From assembly GCA_021824065.1 (NCBI GenBank), contig JAKALU010000004.1, positions 1-59,794 of the forward strand: 59,794 bases of DNA, written 5' to 3'. Made by a program: the position numbers and the translations under genes. This document shows, in pieces, positions 55,065 through 59,794 of this stretch. The notes beneath the pieces are model-generated. The model ran no database searches and was not told the DNA's origin. It saw only the letters and a list, made by a program, of their open reading frames with translations. Position 1 is the first letter of the stretch, and every line of letters starts with the position of its first letter. This DNA is from Nitrospirota bacterium (GTDB taxonomy: Bacteria; Nitrospirota; Thermodesulfovibrionia; Thermodesulfovibrionales; UBA1546).

Positions 55065-55863
55065 TCAGTCCAAGCTCCTGGGCAGCTTCGCCAATCAACT
55101 GCCTTTCAATAATTCTGTACTCATGACCAAGCCCGCTTAAAAGGGCTGACGTTGCAAGGCTGTTTATCAATCTCGGGATGCCTCCGGAATACATATGAAG
55201 CGCCTTCAGTGCCTCATCTGTAAAAAGCATATCCTCACGGCCACCTACCTTCAGTCTGTGTTCCACATAGCCCCTGATTTCATCTTCCTTAATCGGACTG
55301 AGATGATAGAAGAGCCCGATCCTTTGTTTCAGGGGCAGGTATGCCTTATGGTTTAACCTGCGTCTGAGGTCAGACTGTCCTACAAGTATCAGACATAAAA
55401 GATTTGTGTCATCAAGCTGGAAATTAGTAAGCAGTCTTATCTCTTCGAATGTCTCCTTGTTCGGGATAAGCTGCGCCTCATCTATTATTATGACGGGTGT
55501 TATCCCTGTTTGATAATCTTCGTAGACCTTTGAATAGATTGCTTCAAGAATGTCATCTTTGAAATTAGACGGGATATCTATATCGAAGCGTTTAGCGACT
55601 GTTCTGAGGAATTGGGCTGGTGTAAGCCTGGGATTGATAATAAGTATAATCCTGTATTTTTCTCCAAGCAGATCTATCAAAGCTCGTGTAAGTGTGGTCT
55701 TCCCGCAGCCGATATCTCCTGTCAGGAGAATCAGTTCTTTTTCCTCGACGGCATATTGCAGCCTCGCGAGCGCCTCTTCGTGTGCCCTGCTCATGAAAAG
55801 AAATTTCGGGTCAGGTGTTTTGTTGAATGGTCGGAGTTTTAGTCCATAAAATTCCTCATACAT
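55045..55863 (-). CDS. ExeA/GspA-like AAA ATPase (no peptidoglycan-binding tail)
   Basis: YEEFYGL..RPF..TPDPKFLF, GDIGCGKTT, IIDEAQ, LVGQ, GGIPRLIN. Confidence 0.88.
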   Translation of the reverse strand: MYEEFYGLKLRPFNKTPDPKFLFMSRAHEEALARLQYAVEEKELILLTGDIGCGKTTLTRALIDLLGEKYRIILIINPRLTPAQFLRTVAKRFDIDIPSNFKDDILEAIYSKVYEDYQTGITPVIIIDEAQLIPNKETFEEIRLLTNFQLDDTNLLCLILVGQSDLRRRLNHKAYLPLKQRIGLFYHLSPIKEDEIRGYVEHRLKVGGREDMLFTDEALKALHMYSGGIPRLINSLATSALLSGLGHEYRIIERQLIGEAAQELGLNGYSEN

Positions 55864-57831
55864 TTATAACACCCCCTTTGTTTTTTGTTTGATGACAGAC
55901 TCTTCTATAAGGGCATCAATATCTATGACGAGTATAACCTCATGTTTACCTATCTCCGCGGCCCCGGCGAAACCGCGAAACCCTGCAAAATATTCTCCGA
56001 GTGATTTGATAACTATCTCATGCTGCCCGAAGAGTTCATCAACTATTAAACCATGTTTCCTGTTTCCGCTCCCCACAACGACTGCAAAAGACTTTTCGGA
56101 TTCACTCTCTGCCAGAGCGAAAACCCTTCCGATATTTGTCATCGGGAGCATCTCTCCTCTCAGGTTATAGACCTCTTTCCCCTCTACTGTCTGGAGTTCG
56201 TTTCGTGAGATGACAACTGTTTCAGAGATAGAGGTCAGAGGTATTGCAAACTTCATAGCGCCTACTCTGATGAGCAGGGCTTTGACAATGGCAAGGGTAA
56301 TAGGGATGGTCAGGGTAGCTGTGGTCCCTCTGTCTTTCTCTGTATCAATCTCGGCAAAACCTCCAATAGTTGAGAGTTTTTCCTTCACAACATCCATGCC
56401 AACGCCCCGACCTGAAACCTCGCTTACTACTTCTTTTGTACTGAATCCAGGGGTAAAAATAAAATCTATAATCTCTTTTTCATCAAATTCTGCATCCTTC
56501 TCTAAAAGACCCTTTTCGATTGCTTTCTCTTTCACCCTTTGGATATCAATTCCTCTGCCGTCATCCTTTGCCTCAATGATAACGTGGTTGCCGCGTTGAG
56601 ATGCCTTCAGGATAATGGTTCCTGCCTCCCTTTTCCCCTTTCTTTTCCTTTCTTCTGCAGGCTCTATTCCGTGGTCAATCGCATTTCTTACAAGATGCAT
56701 GAGGGGGTCAATGACCTCTTCCGCGATATATTTATCAATCTCTGTATCTTCACCATACATGATGAGTTCTATCTGTTTCCCAACCTCCCTCGAATATTTT
56801 CTGATGACCTGTGCAAGCCTTGAGAATATCTGTCCTATGGGAACCATTCTTATTTCAAGAACCTGGTTTTGAAGTTCTGCCAGCCGTTTCTCAAGGGTCT
56901 GAGAAATTTTATGGACATCAATAACGAGTGGAGAATGGCCATAAGTCTCGATCAGTTCTTCGCCTATCCTTCTTACAGCACCCTTTGCGAGTGTGAGTTC
57001 ACCTATGGTATTAAGAATCCTGTCTAACTTCTCTATATCAACCCTTACCGTTGTGGTTGTACTCTTAAGTGTAGCATCCTGAGTTTTTTGTGGTTGAGGG
57101 ACAACCCCGACATCCTTTGTCTTGATTAGATTCTCGATGTCAAACTTTATTACCTCTTTAAGTGTTTCTACTGGTTGATTACTTCCAAACATGAGGTTGA
57201 AACCTATGGAATCAGGGGGAACATTCGCTGAGATTGGCAGCGTTGATATAAGCTCACCTTTTGATTTTATTATCTTTGTAATATCTTCAAGTGATTTGTC
57301 AAAGTCTGCAAGCTGGAAGATAGCCTTTGCAAGATAAATCCCTTTGCCTTCCTGAATATTCGCCCTTAATCTGTGTTCCTCGTACTCTGATAGAACCATA
57401 AGCAGAGATTCATCAATAATGCCTTTGAGTTCAGGACCTTTTGCCTTTCCCGCGAGTGAATTTCTGAATATCTCTATATTCTTCAGATGTCCTGATACGT
57501 CTTGTTCTTTATCTTTGCCGAGACCCTCGACAAGCGATCTCAATATATCAATATTATTGAACAGGAATCTTATGACCTCATCGGATATGTCAACCTTGCC
57601 GAGTCTTATCTCATCAAGCAAGGATTCAAGCGCGTGGCTGAGGTCTGCAATGCCCTGATGGCCAAAGAGCCCCGAAAGTCCCTTTAGCGTATGTATGGAG
57701 CGGAATAGGGCATTGATGGTATCGGGATTAAGCCCTGTCTGGAATGTATCCTGTATCTCGAGAATTAGTCGGCCCGACTCTTCGAGTAGGTCTTCTGCTT
57801 CAGCTATAAACTCTTTTTTAGATGAACTCAT
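55864..57831 (-). CDS. cheA: Chemotaxis histidine kinase CheA
   Basis: Hpt FRSIHTLKG, HLVRNAIDHG, DDGRG, PGFST, SGRGVGMD, C-terminal CheW-like P5. Confidence 0.96.
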   Translation of the reverse strand: MSSSKKEFIAEAEDLLEESGRLILEIQDTFQTGLNPDTINALFRSIHTLKGLSGLFGHQGIADLSHALESLLDEIRLGKVDISDEVIRFLFNNIDILRSLVEGLGKDKEQDVSGHLKNIEIFRNSLAGKAKGPELKGIIDESLLMVLSEYEEHRLRANIQEGKGIYLAKAIFQLADFDKSLEDITKIIKSKGELISTLPISANVPPDSIGFNLMFGSNQPVETLKEVIKFDIENLIKTKDVGVVPQPQKTQDATLKSTTTTVRVDIEKLDRILNTIGELTLAKGAVRRIGEELIETYGHSPLVIDVHKISQTLEKRLAELQNQVLEIRMVPIGQIFSRLAQVIRKYSREVGKQIELIMYGEDTEIDKYIAEEVIDPLMHLVRNAIDHGIEPAEERKRKGKREAGTIILKASQRGNHVIIEAKDDGRGIDIQRVKEKAIEKGLLEKDAEFDEKEIIDFIFTPGFSTKEVVSEVSGRGVGMDVVKEKLSTIGGFAEIDTEKDRGTTATLTIPITLAIVKALLIRVGAMKFAIPLTSISETVVISRNELQTVEGKEVYNLRGEMLPMTNIGRVFALAESESEKSFAVVVGSGNRKHGLIVDELFGQHEIVIKSLGEYFAGFRGFAGAAEIGKHEVILVIDIDALIEESVIKQKTKGVL

Positions 57832-58196
57832 AGGTTCAGGATCTTTCTTATAATATCCTGGAGTTCGGGTGCCTTAAAGGGTTTTGTGACATAAGCAGTT
57901 GCACCAAGCGCCATACCTCTTTTTTTATCCTCTTCGCTTCTTTCAGTAGTGACTATTATGAGGGGGATATTACTGTATCTCGGGTTATTTTTGATAAAAT
58001 TTATCAGTTCAAGGCCGTTTATGTCAGGCATGTTGATATCAGTTGCTATTAGATCAAAATCCTGTGAAGGGAGTAGTTTTAAGGCATCAAAGCCTGTGGG
58101 TGCCTCAACAATGTTAAAATCTCCGATTTCTTCGATAACGGCCCTCATCAGAGAGCGTGTAGTTGCTGAATCCTCAACAATAAGAATGGATTTCAC
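57828..58196 (-). CDS. cheY: CheY-like response regulator
   Basis: LIVEDS, ATDINMP, VTTE, KPF. Confidence 0.9.
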   Translation of the reverse strand: MKSILIVEDSATTRSLMRAVIEEIGDFNIVEAPTGFDALKLLPSQDFDLIATDINMPDINGLELINFIKNNPRYSNIPLIIVTTERSEEDKKRGMALGATAYVTKPFKAPELQDIIRKILNL

Positions 58197-58272
58197 ATAA
58201 CCCCCTCAGGAAATTTAAATCTAAAAAGGGCATAGACACCATGAATTTTAACAAATACCAATAAAAAAAGCA

Positions 58273-59406
58273 TCACGTCTTGTGTTTATCCCCCATCTTT
58301 TTTTCCATTTCCTGAAGTCTGCGCTGGAGCAATGATTTTTCGAGAGCAAGACCTGCCTGGCTGACAAATATCTCAAGTCCTTCTGTCTCTTCAATAGCCT
58401 CGTCTGTTGGGAGATTATCGCAATAAAGCATTGCAGCAACCTTCCCTTCCGCAATTATGGGGAATATCGCAACATCTGTCGGCCAACCTCCGCCGAGTTC
58501 GTTCATCATGGATTCAGTGACTTTATCTCTTTCCATTGCCCCTCTGTATGACTGCGCCTCACCCGCAATCTTTGTCAGGAAAGGGCTGTTTTTTAAAAAG
58601 AGCTTTGTCTCTCTTATTTTTTCATCGGCCCTCTCTATCTCGAGCCCGAACTGACCTAGGCCTACAATCTCATTTTCTCCAACCATAAACAGAACACCCC
58701 TCTGGAAGATATCGCTTGCAAATCTGAGTATAAGCAGCGTTATTTCTGAGGTTGAGTTGGGAAATCTCAGTTCCTGCGTAAGTGACTTCAGGGCAGAAAT
58801 ATCTTTCCTTTCAGCGGCTGGTTGGCCTGTCCAATCCTCTTCCCATCCGCTCTCTTCGGCCTCTTCTGTCAGTTCTGTATTTGGAACAAACTCTTGCTGG
58901 ACAGATTCATCATATGCCCTTGCGCCCTCCATGAGAAGGTATTCAGGGCTGATTCCTTTCGAGACCTCCCACCCAAAATCTTCAACTTCTATCTTATTTT
59001 TTATATCAAGGTCATCAAGCTCAAACTGAAAATCACCATCCTGCCAGAGCAGGAGTTGATAGACGACCTTTTCTATCCTCTTTTTTGAGGCCTTCTCCAT
59101 GACGTCTTTATTTACAGCGCCAAAATCAAAAAGTATTTCTGCAATTGATTTGGTGGGCAGCTTTTTTTTTACTTCCAGAGCCATCTTCAAAGCAGATTCT
59201 TTTATCACTCCGCTGTGCAGAAGGTCATGGCCGAGGGTCCCGTCAAGTGCGCTGGTCGCTGCTCTGACAACGAGACCATTTTTAAACACGATTAGGGCAG
59301 AACCTGCTCCTCCCTTGATTACGAGAGTCCCTGTTTTCTTACCGATGCTCAGTATCTGGAATATATCAGCGAGGGCAAGGTCTTCGAGCCTTCCAACCAG
59401 ACTCAT
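58273..59406 (-). CDS. DUF4388 (PATAN-like) + GAF-like domain protein
   Basis: GRLEDLALADIFQIL..KKTGTL..IVFKNG, WQDGDFQF; C-terminal GAF-like segment (FPIIAEGKVAAMLYCD). Confidence 0.8.
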   Translation of the reverse strand: MSLVGRLEDLALADIFQILSIGKKTGTLVIKGGAGSALIVFKNGLVVRAATSALDGTLGHDLLHSGVIKESALKMALEVKKKLPTKSIAEILFDFGAVNKDVMEKASKKRIEKVVYQLLLWQDGDFQFELDDLDIKNKIEVEDFGWEVSKGISPEYLLMEGARAYDESVQQEFVPNTELTEEAEESGWEEDWTGQPAAERKDISALKSLTQELRFPNSTSEITLLILRFASDIFQRGVLFMVGENEIVGLGQFGLEIERADEKIRETKLFLKNSPFLTKIAGEAQSYRGAMERDKVTESMMNELGGGWPTDVAIFPIIAEGKVAAMLYCDNLPTDEAIEETEGLEIFVSQAGLALEKSLLQRRLQEMEKKMGDKHKT

Positions 59407-59794
59407 TTTATCTCAACACCCTTTGGAATCACTACTATGCCATTAGGGCTGACATGAAATCTTTTACTATCTTCTTCAAGATTATATCCGATTACAGTCC
59501 CTTCAGGCACATAGACATCCTTGTCTATTATTGCCTTTTTTATTCTGCAGTGCCTCCCTATCTCAACATTTTCCATAAGCACAGAGTCCCTCACATCTGC
59601 CCAGCTATTAATCCTTACATTAGGAGAGAGCACAGAGTTCTGCACCCTTCCGCCGCTTATAATACATCCGTCAGATACGGTCGAGTCCAATGCAATACCA
59701 AGTCTTCCACCTTTGTACTCCTGAGCAAAAACAAATTTTGCAGGCGGGGACTGACACTGGTATGTCCTTATCGGCCATTCACTATCAGATCGGA
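59403..59794 (-). CDS. glgC: Second glucose-1-phosphate adenylyltransferase (3' part only)
   Basis: Frame is open to the window edge: WPIRTYQCQSPPAKFV..ALDSTVSDGCIISG..NSVLSP..KAIIDK..GIVVIPKG. ATGA overlap with the DUF4388 gene. Confidence 0.9.
   Translation of the reverse strand, partial: RSDSEWPIRTYQCQSPPAKFVFAQEYKGGRLGIALDSTVSDGCIISGGRVQNSVLSPNVRINSWADVRDSVLMENVEIGRHCRIKKAIIDKDVYVPEGTVIGYNLEEDSKRFHVSPNGIVVIPKGVEIK

Noticed and set aside
145-59724. Numerous antisense or alternate-frame ORFs in the track (e.g. 145-603, 4171-4788, 46838-47743, 49858-50400)
   Set aside because: They overlap well-supported genes on the other strand or frame and lack motifs; shadow ORFs.

Overview
About 60 kb of a moderately AT-rich bacterial chromosome. 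Gene content and style suggest an anaerobic Nitrospirota or deltaproteobacteria-like organism (inference). From left to right: (1) an eroded arsenic/redox cluster (arsA, thioredoxin with an early stop, relic fragments, trmO-like gene, minimal SufCB, arsC); (2) a PAP2-ArnT-like/GT2/flippase envelope-modification operon, Moco genes, ccdA, glgX; (3) housekeeping genes (tsaC, hisD, glgC, P-type ATPase, purC, bioW, rsmA, archease-rtcB, mscS, tadA, rrf2-tusA-iscS-iscU, pnp, rpsO) and 4 tRNAs; (4) a 16-kb non-canonical chemosensory operon (DUF4388-GAF, 2 CheY, CheA, ExeA-like ATPase, 2 CheW, two roughly 64-heptad MCPs, HEAT-repeat protein, CheR, CheB, coiled-coil-GAF protein) translationally coupled to a second glgC. 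Main observations: (a) a chemoreceptor with a periplasmic CxxCH haem-c sensor and a C-terminal, apparently cytoplasmic, PhnD-like phosphate/phosphonate-binding domain; (b) several families of small palindromic or tandem-unit repeats that sit in-frame inside conserved proteins (ArsA, ArnT-like, HisD, P-type ATPase, BioW) and also occur intergenically, one of which supplies the start codon of a pilin-like gene; (c) a BrnTA toxin-antitoxin module bracketed by 38-bp direct repeats; (d) a 151-bp element with perfect 30-bp terminal inverted repeats; (e) a half-attC integron-cassette relic; (f) several unannotated gene relics (TupA, PIN toxin, V-ATPase subunit, CcdA-like, ZIP); (g) several genes that appear to be leaderless. 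All product calls come from motif recognition by eye; no database search was run.
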